DNA of 56,130 nt from a virus (Duplodnaviria; Caudoviricetes). The notes beneath the pieces are model-generated. The model saw only the letters and a program-made list of their open reading frames with translations. It searched no databases and had not been told where the DNA came from. Shown here piece after piece: positions 17,964-28,986 of the stretch (the stretch's first letter is position 1; every line of letters starts with the position of its first letter). The stretch lies in the IMG/VR virus record IMGVR_UViG_3300022751_000019, positions 1 to 56,130 of that record. One strand, 5' to 3'. The translations under genes were made by a program, and so were the position numbers.

Positions 17964-20117
17964 ATGGCTGGATTAGGTACTTTTTTGTTAGAGTTTGGCG
18001 TCGATAATGACGGACTACAAAAAGACCTCAACAAGGGCCTTTCTCAAATAGAAAGATTTGGCAGAAGCATAGAAAATGTAGCTACCAAACTTTCTATTGG
18101 TATTTCTGCCCCTTTAGGATTACTTGCCAAAAAAGCAATAGAAGCATACGGAGAATTAGAAGCCTTAAAATTAAGTTTAGGAACGATTGAGCGTACAGCA
18201 GATAGCCTTACCTCACGACTTGCTGAACTTAACGAAGTAGCGAAACTCCCTGGCATTGGCTTTAAAGAAGCTATTCAGGCGGATGTAAGACTTCGTGCTG
18301 TAGGTATCTCTGCCGACATTGCCAAACGCTCTATGTTAGCCTTTGGGAATGCTATTGCTACAGCAGGAGGTGGAAAAGCTCAGTTCGACTCAGTTATCTA
18401 TCAGTTGACACAGATGTCGGCTAAGGCAAAGGTTCTCTCACAAGACTTTAGACCTATTATTGAAGCAGTTCCTGCCGTAGCACAAGCCGTTAAGAAACTC
18501 TACGGTACGGTAGATACCGAAGTTATTCAGGATAAAATGAAGAAACTCGGCATGGGGTCTCAACAATTCATCGAACAGATTATTGGCGAATTAGAGAAAC
18601 TGCCTAAAGTAACGGGAGGTGTTAAAAATGCTATTGAAAACTTATCAGATACTTTCTTTAAATCTTTCGCCAAAATAGGTGAAACCATAGACAAAAACGT
18701 AGGCATTCAAAAATGGGTTGACCAGATAGGTAAGTTTGCTGAACAAGCAGCAGAATCATTTGCTAATTTAAGCCCTGAAGCTCAAAAGGCCGTTATTGCC
18801 ATTGGTGGACTAGCTATTGTCGTGCCTCCGCTTTTAGCTTTAGCAGGAACCGTTATACCTGCCATTGGCACAGCGTTAGTTGCTTTAACTGGCCCTGCTG
18901 GCATTGCTGCTGCTGCCCTAATCGCTGCTGCCGGATATGCGGTTACACATTGGGAGAAGGTCTCTAAAACTATTGACGAGGTAGGCGACTCTTTAGAAAG
19001 AAACGCTTTAACTTTAAGGTTTTATGCCGCTCAGTTCAGACAAGGGTTAGACCCAGCAGGAGCAGCCAAAGAGTTAGGCGGTATTATGGCAGATAGACAA
19101 GCCTATCTAAATAAGAAAAATGGCGTCGGGCAATCGGTTGTTGATTCAGATAGTTACGGAAAAGGTTTTGGAATAAACGATATAAAAACCATTTCAAAAG
19201 GTGGAGGCGGATTTGACCCCGAAGAAGCAGCTAAACAAGCCAAGAAGATTGAGAAAATAAGACAAGACTTATTAGAATCGGCTCAAAGGGCAGAAGTTGC
19301 AGCGATACAGGACTCAAGCGAAAGAGCAAGAGCCGAAGCGTTAAGAAGTTATGCACAGGATTTAAAAGATAAAAAAGCTTCTGTTGAGGGTAAAAAGTCT
19401 TTAGAGGATGAATTAAACGCTTATTATTATTCTCGTCACCTCCAGTTATTAAAGGAGTTAAGGGATGCAGATAATTTTAAAACGCCTAGCTCGATTAAAA
19501 GCTTGGGCGGTTCCGAAAAGGAGGTTGAAGCCAGAGTATATCAAGCTTTCGGTATTAGTCCTGACGGAATCGAAAGATACGGGCAGGCACTAAAAGAAAA
19601 AGCCAAGTCATTCATGGCAGGTTTAGAAAATTCAGCTAACTTGTCAAGCGGTAACAATATTATTGAGGGGATTTTAGGGCTTAATGCAGGAACAGTAAAC
19701 GGTACTAACTTTGAAATGTATGAAAAACAGGCTCTGTTAGTTGTTAATGCCAATAATCAGATAAGTGAGAGTTTTACTAACCTTAAAGCTAATGCGATTG
19801 CCAGTATTGGTGAAATGGTAGGGCAAATGATAGCAGGCACGGCAACTGTAGCAGATTTAGGACGCTCAATCTTAGGAACAATTGCCCAGTCTTTAGCAGA
19901 GATTGCCAAAATTAAAATCTTTGCAGGGATTGCTACGGGAAATGTAGGACAAGTAGCCTTAGGGCTTTTTGCAGGGATTGGGGCAGGTATTTTCGGGGGA
20001 CTCTCAAAAAATAAAAATAATCCTCCGCCAACTTCACAACAGCCTGCTTATAGTGTAGTTAGAGGTGGTGATATATTTACAGCAAACAATCGTTATCAGG
20101 TAATTAAAGGATATTAA
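17964..20117 (+). CDS. Tape measure protein
   Basis: 717 aa, Ala/Gly-rich and helical; tape-measure N-domain pattern (AFGNAIA, QLTQM.AKAKV..QD). Confidence 0.92.
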   Translation: MAGLGTFLLEFGVDNDGLQKDLNKGLSQIERFGRSIENVATKLSIGISAPLGLLAKKAIEAYGELEALKLSLGTIERTADSLTSRLAELNEVAKLPGIGFKEAIQADVRLRAVGISADIAKRSMLAFGNAIATAGGGKAQFDSVIYQLTQMSAKAKVLSQDFRPIIEAVPAVAQAVKKLYGTVDTEVIQDKMKKLGMGSQQFIEQIIGELEKLPKVTGGVKNAIENLSDTFFKSFAKIGETIDKNVGIQKWVDQIGKFAEQAAESFANLSPEAQKAVIAIGGLAIVVPPLLALAGTVIPAIGTALVALTGPAGIAAAALIAAAGYAVTHWEKVSKTIDEVGDSLERNALTLRFYAAQFRQGLDPAGAAKELGGIMADRQAYLNKKNGVGQSVVDSDSYGKGFGINDIKTISKGGGGFDPEEAAKQAKKIEKIRQDLLESAQRAEVAAIQDSSERARAEALRSYAQDLKDKKASVEGKKSLEDELNAYYYSRHLQLLKELRDADNFKTPSSIKSLGGSEKEVEARVYQAFGISPDGIERYGQALKEKAKSFMAGLENSANLSSGNNIIEGILGLNAGTVNGTNFEMYEKQALLVVNANNQISESFTNLKANAIASIGEMVGQMIAGTATVADLGRSILGTIAQSLAEIAKIKIFAGIATGNVGQVALGLFAGIGAGIFGGLSKNKNNPPPTSQQPAYSVVRGGDIFTANNRYQVIKGY

Positions 20118-23100
20118 ATGGCTTACGGACTCAAATATTATGCAAGTGCTTACGGTATCTCTTCTGTTGAATGGAAGGTAGAACTACTGGAAAAAGACTA
20201 TGTAGGCTCTACTTCGGAGTTGGGATTAGTCGGTACTGGTATTCAGATAGGTTACGACAGAGAGGATGCAAAGTTTAATAATATTTACAGCCGTTACGCC
20301 AATATCAATTTAAAAGCTACTGCCGATTTTGGGCTGGATGATTTACAGTTTGATGATGAGCGAAAATTTCAGGTTAAAGTATACAAAAATAGTGTTGTAG
20401 AGTTTATCGGTTGGCTTATTCCTTTTTCTTCTTCAGAGCAGTTCGAGGACGTTTCTTTAGTAGTAGTAACAGTAACAGCTAAAGACGGTATTAACCAGTT
20501 AAAGAATACTGACTTTATTAATGAGCATCCCGAAATAGCCAGCAATAAACAGTCATTTAAGGATATTATCAGTCAGGCTCTCAGGGCAATAGGGTACAAT
20601 CTGCCTTTAGAAATCTACTATAATAAGTATGATGTATCAATGCTCAAAACAGCCTCTGACTGTCCTTTAGCTCAACTCTATTTTAATGTAACAGCCTTTT
20701 ATAATGAGGACAACACTTATATTAATTATTATGAGGCATTAGGAAGGCTTTTAGAGACTCATAACTTACGCATTAGTCAGGTAAGGGGTAAATGGGTAAT
20801 TGTCTCAGCGATTGAATTAGAAGATGGTAGCGTGGCAGGACGTGCTTATAATTACTTAGGGGTATCTACGGGCAATGTTACATTAAATTCCGATTTTGTC
20901 ATTCATACTTCTGGGCCTAAAGTTAAAACAAACGCACAGATTAGAAAAGATATTCCCTATCAACAATTTAGTTCTTTCTATCAGGTTGGGCAATTTACTA
21001 ATCTTTTGGCTAATGGGAATCTAACTAATTATGTCGGACTAGTACCTGTAAACTGGACAAGAGTAGGGTCTTGGAATATTAACGAGGTCTCAACCGTTTC
21101 TGGTGGAGGCATTCAGCTTGACAACACCTATACTAATGATGAGGGATTAGGGAATAAGTATTTCGAGTCCGACTTAGTAGATATTTCCAATCTGGCTAAT
21201 TTTGAATTTAGTGCTGAAGGTTACGCAGATGATACTTTAGATAGTATAAAGATTGCTATCATCCTTTCTAACTCTGAAAATCCAGATGTTAAGTATTATG
21301 TAGACAAATACGGAACCGTTCGGGCTAATCCTATTACATACATTATCGACAAGGGTGTTTTTAATGAGACTGTGGCGTTTGGTTGTAAATTTGTAACCAA
21401 TAGTGCCAATCAATATTTAGATGGCGTAAACAGGCTACAAATAAGGATTTATCCAGGGGTTAAACTCGCTGGTGGTGTACCTCTTCGTAAAAAAGTCAGG
21501 TATAAAAACTTAGTCTTAACAGGACAGCCAAATGTTTACGATAAAGAGTTTGACGGAAAGGTTTATCAGTACAACAATCCTGCTTTGCCTTCGTCTAAAA
21601 AAGATGAACAACAGGATGTTTATTTTCAAGATAACCTATTCTTAGCAGGCTCTCGTTACCGCAACTCTATGTTTGTTGGGAATACCTCAACACTTACCCA
21701 AAGATGGAAAAGAACAGGAGAGGATAACGACTATACGATTGTTGAGTCAGTTTTAATTGACAAACTCTCAATGACAAGCAGGTTCGGGGATATTTTCGAG
21801 GGAGCAATTAAGGGATATATAGACATATTAAGTACACCTAGAATTTACGACGATAGATATTTAGTACTTTACTGCGAGTATGACTTGCAGGATGATACGA
21901 CAGAACTCTTAATGACCGAGTTGTTCGCTCCAGACATTACGGTAGAATATAAAATTTTCGATAAGACTAAAGATGGGAAATTAATAGACGTATCAGACGG
22001 TAGCACTTCAATTAAGATTGAGACCAAAGAAGAGTTCGACCCGCCACCATTCAGAAAAACAATTGTTCCACACCCAAGCATCCCAGGCAAATACCTAGAT
22101 GGATATTTTTACGATTCAGATTTTTTAGTTACAGGTGGGTATGTAAAAATGTCTCAGCTTTTTGTTAATGATACATTCAGAATCTTTGATGAGCAAACAG
22201 ATGGCGACTATACTACTAAAATGATAACAGAAAACCCGTTAAACATTGAGGGTAAAGGTGTAACGGTAAGGTCTAAAGGAGTTATAGATTTTGTTACAGG
22301 TATTGCCAGTGAAATCAAAAGTGCCAGAATTACCGATGGTAGATTATTAGTAGGAGGAAAAGAAGAAGTAGAAGCTCCATATGGAGTAATTCACGGTCAC
22401 AGTGATTCAGTAGAAGCCGAACCGCTCTTGTTTTTAACCAACAAAGAGTCAGGCTTTGCTATCTCGGTAGATGATGCGAATCAAAAAGGAAGATTTGCCT
22501 CTACCGTTCCTATATTTGCCGATACTTTTAAGTGGACTTTTGGCGATGCTGACATATCAGGACTGTTTAATTTTGAGATTGCTCCTATTTCAGAAGTAGA
22601 CGCAGTAGAACCTAATGAACTGGTTAGATTCTCTCAGTTAGCTTCTGTGATTAATACTGTTGATTGGGGACAAATACAAGACCATGAAGCGTATAAGGAT
22701 ATAGACGACTTTACAGGATGGGGAGCGGCTTTTATTAATGGAAACGGTTTAGGGATTGGATTAGAAACAGACTTGCCAGGTAACACCAAGCAGGGCTATA
22801 TAGTAAAGTTTGGCATAGGTAATGAATACACCGACCAGTACACTTTAATGAGTTTTGGCCGTCCCTTTGGTGATTATTTCGACGGAAAACTTTATCTTCG
22901 TGGAATCTATGGCGACCAGGACAGCGGATGGCTCCCAATTGGTGGTGGCGATGTAACAGACTATCAAGAAACAGAAGGCGAGGCACTACGTCAGAAAAGA
23001 GGCATTAAGTACGAAGTTGAAACGGGTGATGATTTTGGATTTATCGGTATCGACAAAATAGATACAGGTATTATTTTTCAAATAAAAAGAGCTAACTTTG

Positions 23101-23852
23101 AAAACGATGATATTGACATCTTAGAAACAAGGATGCGTGCCAGTGATGGAAGGTTAGTTTTTATTGACCAATCAGGTAATGAAAAGCTATATGCATTTGT
23201 AGGTGAAGGGAGTGGGGGTAGTGGAATTCCTTATACTGCAATTCCTCCGATAAGATTTGATTTAAGTGGTGGAACAACACAGATAAGTATTCCAAGAGCT
23301 TCGGAGACAACTACAGGGCATTTAGATAAATCGGATTTTAGCTTGTTTATATCGAAAGTAGGAAGTGTAATTGCCGATGATAGCACCCCGATAACTGTTG
23401 AAGATGTAGACGGTGTTCCTTATCAAAGAAGAATAACTATGTCAGAGGCTAGTACTTCAAATGATGGGTATTTAACGAGCGAAGATTGGAATGAGTTTGA
23501 CAGTAAATTAAGTGATGGTGATATAGTAGAAAACTCTTTAGATTTTAGGTCTGGCGTTTCAAGGTCAAAATTATTATTTAGTAGTTCACAATCTGGAGCC
23601 GAAAACTATGATGCAGAAATGTTTATGCGATATGGTGAGTTTCCATTAGGATTTAATATAATAGGCAAGACAGGCACAAATATACAAATTGAATCAGAGG
23701 GAGGTAATGTAAGACTAATAGGAAACAAGATAATTTTAGACGACTCAATTATTGATACTAGCAACATAGCTTCACTTGTTGGAGGAAATGCTAAATTTGC
23801 TGTAACAGATGAAACAGGCGGAATTTATAGATTAACACTAATAGCAGATTAA
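20118..23852 (+). CDS. Large tail tip/hub protein with C-terminal fibre segments
   Basis: Abuts the tape measure gene; MAYGLKYY start; repeated AS...GYL...DW..F fibre motifs. Confidence 0.75.
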   Translation: MAYGLKYYASAYGISSVEWKVELLEKDYVGSTSELGLVGTGIQIGYDREDAKFNNIYSRYANINLKATADFGLDDLQFDDERKFQVKVYKNSVVEFIGWLIPFSSSEQFEDVSLVVVTVTAKDGINQLKNTDFINEHPEIASNKQSFKDIISQALRAIGYNLPLEIYYNKYDVSMLKTASDCPLAQLYFNVTAFYNEDNTYINYYEALGRLLETHNLRISQVRGKWVIVSAIELEDGSVAGRAYNYLGVSTGNVTLNSDFVIHTSGPKVKTNAQIRKDIPYQQFSSFYQVGQFTNLLANGNLTNYVGLVPVNWTRVGSWNINEVSTVSGGGIQLDNTYTNDEGLGNKYFESDLVDISNLANFEFSAEGYADDTLDSIKIAIILSNSENPDVKYYVDKYGTVRANPITYIIDKGVFNETVAFGCKFVTNSANQYLDGVNRLQIRIYPGVKLAGGVPLRKKVRYKNLVLTGQPNVYDKEFDGKVYQYNNPALPSSKKDEQQDVYFQDNLFLAGSRYRNSMFVGNTSTLTQRWKRTGEDNDYTIVESVLIDKLSMTSRFGDIFEGAIKGYIDILSTPRIYDDRYLVLYCEYDLQDDTTELLMTELFAPDITVEYKIFDKTKDGKLIDVSDGSTSIKIETKEEFDPPPFRKTIVPHPSIPGKYLDGYFYDSDFLVTGGYVKMSQLFVNDTFRIFDEQTDGDYTTKMITENPLNIEGKGVTVRSKGVIDFVTGIASEIKSARITDGRLLVGGKEEVEAPYGVIHGHSDSVEAEPLLFLTNKESGFAISVDDANQKGRFASTVPIFADTFKWTFGDADISGLFNFEIAPISEVDAVEPNELVRFSQLASVINTVDWGQIQDHEAYKDIDDFTGWGAAFINGNGLGIGLETDLPGNTKQGYIVKFGIGNEYTDQYTLMSFGRPFGDYFDGKLYLRGIYGDQDSGWLPIGGGDVTDYQETEGEALRQKRGIKYEVETGDDFGFIGIDKIDTGIIFQIKRANFENDDIDILETRMRASDGRLVFIDQSGNEKLYAFVGEGSGGSGIPYTAIPPIRFDLSGGTTQISIPRASETTTGHLDKSDFSLFISKVGSVIADDSTPITVEDVDGVPYQRRITMSEASTSNDGYLTSEDWNEFDSKLSDGDIVENSLDFRSGVSRSKLLFSSSQSGAENYDAEMFMRYGEFPLGFNIIGKTGTNIQIESEGGNVRLIGNKIILDDSIIDTSNIASLVGGNAKFAVTDETGGIYRLTLIAD

Positions 23853-23854
23853 AT

Positions 23855-24127
23855 ATGAAATACAATTTCAACATACCATTTGTAGACCTAGACGGAAACC
23901 CGACAGAAGGTAGTCAAGGTAAAACATTAGCTAATGTAATGGCTAATGGCTCTAGTAATACTGACCCTTTAAAGTTCTGGGAATTTGCCGTACTCCTTAA
24001 CAGAGGCGAAGCAATAGAACTGGATACTCAGGATAAAGAAAAGGTAGAAAGTTTTATTAAAAACGCTACTAAGTTAACCAATGGGGGTAAAGCACAATTA
24101 TTACTGGTTTTAAGTCAAACAAAATGA
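23855..24127 (+). CDS. Small tail-associated protein (possible fibre chaperone)
   Basis: 90 aa, follows the tail tip gene. Confidence 0.6.
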   Translation: MKYNFNIPFVDLDGNPTEGSQGKTLANVMANGSSNTDPLKFWEFAVLLNRGEAIELDTQDKEKVESFIKNATKLTNGGKAQLLLVLSQTK

Positions 24128-26121
24128 AAAAGTACGCTTCTGTTTTTCTTGGTTTACTACTTGCTTTTAACATAAGTTACGGGCAAACCTCTGCATTAGT
24201 TGATGCAGGAGGCACGGCAATTGTCAAAAAGAACACCTCTGACAACTGGGCAAAGGTCTACAAGAAAAAGGTTAACGCTAATACGCAGTTTCTTTGGTAT
24301 ACAACCGACTCGGAAGGTGTTAAGTTACCCAGAGGCGGACAGATAGCAGGCACAGTTACCTATAGCTCACTTGCCGTTGCAGAATCTAACATACCTCCTA
24401 ATTATTCGCTAGTCACGGAAGACAACCCTAATATTACCTTTGAGAATACCACCCTGCAAAGATTGGTAGATGCTAATATATTAGGAAGTGTAGACTACGA
24501 TATAAGTATTAACAATACACTAGGATTAAGTGTTTTTCCTTCTACTCCAGTTGTACCTAGTGGCGATTATAAAGCCCAGTTAGACTGGGGGGACGCTGGC
24601 TTATTTAGGGGCAATGCTGAACAAATACTCTCTTTAGGTTTAGCTACAGCATTCGACCACAACCGAATGTTTACCCCTTCGGTGATGCCAGTGGCACACC
24701 GTTACACATGGAACCTAGCACCCGATAGTTACACTAGTGGCTCAGATGCGGAGATTGAAGCTAACGGAGCTGCGGAATACGGTTATATGTTCGGGGTGGG
24801 TGGCACAAGAAGAGACCGAAACAATGCCGTAACTCATACTAAAGAAGTTCACTGGGATATTGAAACGCCAGCGTGGACATTCACCAAAGCAGCAGCTTTT
24901 CTAAAAGGTTTTCACAACGCAGCCATTGCGTACGATGCTGATGCGGTTACGATTATGTATGGCAAGCCTGTAAGAGAATTTAATTTCTTCTGGCGAATGT
25001 CGTCTTATTTTTACGATGGTGACGCAGTAAGTAATAGAAGGAAATTGTATCCTTTTATGAAGAATGCCAAGAATTATCAGAATCCTAGTGGACTGGTAAC
25101 TTCTTATTTCTCAGGCAAAAACGTTTATTTCAATACCCTCCCGTCTTATGCCAATGCTTGCTTACCTTTAAGTACTTCAATGTATAAAAAGGTTGATGGC
25201 GTAATACAGGTCGATGCAGATGGAGAAAGAGACTTTGTAGATAACGGATTTGATGAGACAGTCAGGGGCATAAATTATCATTGGGAGCCTAAACACCCAT
25301 TCGACCCCGTAGACCCCAATCAAGGGCCGTATAAAAACTTTATTCACGAGGCTTTTTGTGCGGTCTATTTCCCTTATGCCTCTTATGCCAATGTAGTTTA
25401 CGAACTAAGGGCTTTACAGGGCGGAAATGATATTCGTACGACACTTAACGGGAATTACAAGACCTGCTGGATGGTACGGACAACGTGCGAGGCTAACCCC
25501 TGGCAGAATGTTTATCGCCCGTTAGACAGATATACAACTAAGCTTCAAGCACTGCTTGGGCATTGTATGAGTAATAAGCTTTTACTTTGGTCTGGATGGA
25601 CAGGTACAGCAGGGTTTAGTGACGATGGTACTAGTGTATTTCCTACCAATAACGAAGGTTCGGGATATGCTCAGGCAACAATTGAGGGCAAAGATTCGCC
25701 ACCATACAATGTAAACTTAGGAGGTGAAAGACAAAATCTCGCAATCTCTTATAAGCTTAAAATGCTTAACCGTGATTATGGTTTATTTAGTTCAACTGAT
25801 AAGCTTTTAACCTTTACTGACCCTTTGCAAATTCAGCCACGAGCCGAGATATTAGGCTTTGGAAGACTTAAAAACAACTATGCTTATATTGTTCTGGCAG
25901 AATCCAGACATGATATAGGAGAAACTATGCAAATCACTATTGGAAATACAAAAAATTCAACTATTTTTACCAGAACATTATCGGCTAAACAGATTATAGA
26001 TGAAGTATTTACGTTTCCTTCGGGAGATACCTATGATTCTGACGACATCTGGATTCAATACCAGACTATCAAAGCGGTTGATGTTAAGGTATCTGGAGAC
26101 TTACAGTCGCACGATATATAG
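24124..26121 (+). CDS. Signal-peptide protein, possible glycoside-hydrolase-like barrel
   Basis: MKKYASVFLGLLLAFNISYG|Q; HWDIE (DxE) motif. Confidence 0.65.
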   Translation: MKKYASVFLGLLLAFNISYGQTSALVDAGGTAIVKKNTSDNWAKVYKKKVNANTQFLWYTTDSEGVKLPRGGQIAGTVTYSSLAVAESNIPPNYSLVTEDNPNITFENTTLQRLVDANILGSVDYDISINNTLGLSVFPSTPVVPSGDYKAQLDWGDAGLFRGNAEQILSLGLATAFDHNRMFTPSVMPVAHRYTWNLAPDSYTSGSDAEIEANGAAEYGYMFGVGGTRRDRNNAVTHTKEVHWDIETPAWTFTKAAAFLKGFHNAAIAYDADAVTIMYGKPVREFNFFWRMSSYFYDGDAVSNRRKLYPFMKNAKNYQNPSGLVTSYFSGKNVYFNTLPSYANACLPLSTSMYKKVDGVIQVDADGERDFVDNGFDETVRGINYHWEPKHPFDPVDPNQGPYKNFIHEAFCAVYFPYASYANVVYELRALQGGNDIRTTLNGNYKTCWMVRTTCEANPWQNVYRPLDRYTTKLQALLGHCMSNKLLLWSGWTGTAGFSDDGTSVFPTNNEGSGYAQATIEGKDSPPYNVNLGGERQNLAISYKLKMLNRDYGLFSSTDKLLTFTDPLQIQPRAEILGFGRLKNNYAYIVLAESRHDIGETMQITIGNTKNSTIFTRTLSAKQIIDEVFTFPSGDTYDSDDIWIQYQTIKAVDVKVSGDLQSHDI

Positions 26122-26230
26122 CTATCCAGAATAATTTTTGCTGTTATTTTAAGAATTTAGCTTGTGATTAATAAAAGTGATTCATTTGGTTAGCCAAAGG
26201 AAATCATTTTTAACATTTTATTAAAACACA

Positions 26231-28354
26231 ATGAAACAATTACATTTTTTTCTATTTGCCTTTTTATTTAATGTCTCTATGGCTCACGGTCAGGCTTTAG
26301 GGTTTATTGGTACCGACACAACTACGCTTACCAACTCGCCAACACTTTCTCGACTGGCTTTTAAAGACGACAATTTGTACCGTATCCGTAACACAAGGCC
26401 AGCCGTCTTAATCGCAGCTTCTGAGTATAATTTAACTAATCTTGTTGGGGTAACTGGTAAAATTAAAGTAACAAACGGCACAGGAGCAGTACAAGGTACA
26501 GTGCCAGTAGTTTTAACTTTTTCAGATACTTTAGTAGCAGAGGCACGACTAGAAACCCCTTTATTAGTGGGTGGTACAGGAGCCTCAAGAGTACTTACTG
26601 TTCAATCTACCCTGTCAGCAGGAACAAGTGACGCTATCAGCTTTAAGACAGGCTCACAGGTTGAGAGAATGAGAATAGGGACTAGTGGAGCAATCAGGTT
26701 TAATAGTTATACAGCAGGAATTGCCAAGTTTGACGGGAGTGGTAATATCACCTCTGGCACTATTTCAAGTGGTGACATACCCAGTCTGTCAGCTACTTAT
26801 CTTTCTTTAGCAATCGGTGGAACGGTAAACGCTGGAGTAGTAGCAACTTCTTTTAAGTCTCCTACTGCAATTATTGAGAATCGAAAAAATGGTTCGGAAA
26901 TGGATAGGTATACATGGAGACTAGTTAATAATGGGGCTAATCAAGGGCAATCATTAGTGTTAGATTATTATCAGGAAAACACACCTGTTAACTTCAACTC
27001 TCCTAATATGCTTTACATGAAAAATGGATTAATTGGTATCTTTAATACAAATCCTACTTATACATTAGACTTGTCTGGAAGCTTTCGGGCCTCTAATGCA
27101 CGAATCGCAAATTTAACTGGCGGAGGCAGTGGCGGACTAGTTAGGTCTGACTCGGTAGGAAATTTGACTAATATTATTGCTGGGAACGATGTTTTCGTTA
27201 GAGGTGATGGTTCACTAGACCCTACTGTTTATCTTTCTACTTCAGCAGCAGGAGTATTATATGCACCACTTAATAACCCAACCTTTACAGGAACGGTAAC
27301 AATTCCTACTTTAGCAGTTAGCGGCGTAGCGACATTAAAAGGGAATAAGGTTTTAGGGAACGGCACAGGTGATATTTCTAGTAATAATATTTTCGGTATC
27401 AACGCTTTTCAAAATAACACTACAGGCAATCAAAACGTAGGTATAGGTACTAATTCGTTATTAGCTAATACCACAGGGTCAAGCAATATTGCTATCGGTC
27501 ACAACTCACAAAACGCTAATACCACAGGCATAGGAAACACTTCATTAGGCTCAAGTGCTTTAGTAAGTGGCAGTACGGCTTCTTATAACACTGCAATAGG
27601 TAATAATGCCATGAATAGCGGTAATAGCGGATATAGTACAGCATTGGGAAGGAATGCATTAGGTGCTAATAGTGGAGGATATAGCATAGGCATAGGTTAT
27701 GATGCGGGGTCTCAGGCATCAGGAACGGGCAATGTATTTATCGGGTCTTGGGATGGAACAGGCGTTTCAACAAATAATGGTATGTATTTTTCTACTGGAG
27801 ACAACACAAGGAGGATGACGATTTTAAATTCTGGCAATTTAGGAGTTGGAACGACAAGTCCTACCGAAAAACTTCATGTAAGTGGCAACATCAAAGTGGA
27901 TACCGCAAAACTAGTCAGTGGCTCGATAAGTGGCACTCTTGGTGTAGCTGGAGTAACAACTCTTAAAGACACTTATATTAATAACTCTACCATATTCCCT
28001 AATTTTAATTACGGTATAGATTGGGGTACTAATACAGAGGGAGGAAATACAAATATTACTACATCATCAACAGGAGACCTGCGTTTCTTTGTAAACTCTG
28101 GCATAGATGGATTTATGTCTTTAAAGGCTTCTAATGGGTTTGTGGGTATTGGCACTACTACGCCAGCAGGTAAATTAGACGTGGCTTCAACTACTTCAGC
28201 TTTTTATCCTCCACGAATGTCAGCCTCAGAAAAAGCAGCATTAACGGGACTTACAGCAGGTGCGGTAATTTATTGTACAGACTGTGTAGCAAACGACACT
28301 AGCGGTGGAGTATTACAAATATATAATGGGTCGGTTTGGAAAAGTGCTTATTAA
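26231..28354 (+). CDS. Signal-peptide tail-fibre-like beta-repeat protein
   Basis: MKQLHFFLFAFLFNVSMAHG|Q; N.TG..N.AIG repeats, G.GTT.P...L.V repeats, C-terminal PPRM...G.VIYCTD...YNG..W. Confidence 0.8.
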   Translation: MKQLHFFLFAFLFNVSMAHGQALGFIGTDTTTLTNSPTLSRLAFKDDNLYRIRNTRPAVLIAASEYNLTNLVGVTGKIKVTNGTGAVQGTVPVVLTFSDTLVAEARLETPLLVGGTGASRVLTVQSTLSAGTSDAISFKTGSQVERMRIGTSGAIRFNSYTAGIAKFDGSGNITSGTISSGDIPSLSATYLSLAIGGTVNAGVVATSFKSPTAIIENRKNGSEMDRYTWRLVNNGANQGQSLVLDYYQENTPVNFNSPNMLYMKNGLIGIFNTNPTYTLDLSGSFRASNARIANLTGGGSGGLVRSDSVGNLTNIIAGNDVFVRGDGSLDPTVYLSTSAAGVLYAPLNNPTFTGTVTIPTLAVSGVATLKGNKVLGNGTGDISSNNIFGINAFQNNTTGNQNVGIGTNSLLANTTGSSNIAIGHNSQNANTTGIGNTSLGSSALVSGSTASYNTAIGNNAMNSGNSGYSTALGRNALGANSGGYSIGIGYDAGSQASGTGNVFIGSWDGTGVSTNNGMYFSTGDNTRRMTILNSGNLGVGTTSPTEKLHVSGNIKVDTAKLVSGSISGTLGVAGVTTLKDTYINNSTIFPNFNYGIDWGTNTEGGNTNITTSSTGDLRFFVNSGIDGFMSLKASNGFVGIGTTTPAGKLDVASTTSAFYPPRMSASEKAALTGLTAGAVIYCTDCVANDTSGGVLQIYNGSVWKSAY

Positions 28355-28386
28355 GCAAGCAAAAATTTACTAGTAAGATAAATACA

Positions 28387-28986
28387 ATGAAAAAACTCTT
28401 AACACTAGCACTTCTGTTAATCGGAAGTGCTACAATGGCACAAAACATTAAGATTTATGTCTCTAATGGTTGTTTAACTTTTTATCCCTCCTCTGCTACG
28501 ACAGGTACTTGTCTGCAACTAGACAAGGTAATATCTATTACAGCTAATCCTGCTAATACCTATGTAACTATCAAGACCTTAGACAATGAGCAGTCTTATC
28601 TAGCTTCAAGTGTAGTTAAAGCAGCAGGTACGGCTTATAGTAGCTCTGCTGATATAGCAAGAGATAGTTTGAACGCTCAGATTAGGGTAGGACGAGCTTC
28701 TTCCTCTAGTAGTGGCTCTTCAAGTGTTACTGTGAGCTATCCGAACAAAGCCTTTTCTCCAACTCCAAGTGTAGGGACTACTCCAGTAGTAATAACAGGT
28801 GGAACGGCTTACACAATAGACATATCGCCACAAGCAGGAGCCACTTATACGATAACTACCACAGCAGGAGGGACAACCGCAGCGACAGGAGATTATAAGT
28901 TCTTCGATGCCAAAGGAGGAAAGATTTCTAATACCATGACCTTTACACCCGTTACAGGGGTATTTCTGTATACTGTTTCACAATGA
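28387..28986 (+). CDS. Signal-peptide protein with C-terminal domain shared with 31759..32658 (start revised)
   Basis: MKKLLTLALLLIGSATMA|Q at 28387; Ser-rich linker; PQAGATYTITT...ATGDY. Confidence 0.75.
   Translation: MKKLLTLALLLIGSATMAQNIKIYVSNGCLTFYPSSATTGTCLQLDKVISITANPANTYVTIKTLDNEQSYLASSVVKAAGTAYSSSADIARDSLNAQIRVGRASSSSSGSSSVTVSYPNKAFSPTPSVGTTPVVITGGTAYTIDISPQAGATYTITTTAGGTTAATGDYKFFDAKGGKISNTMTFTPVTGVFLYTVSQ

Noticed and set aside
27380-27750. Repeats resembling a CRISPR or tandem array
   Set aside because: They are degenerate coding repeats (N.TG..N.AIG) within a fibre-like ORF, not repeat-spacer units.
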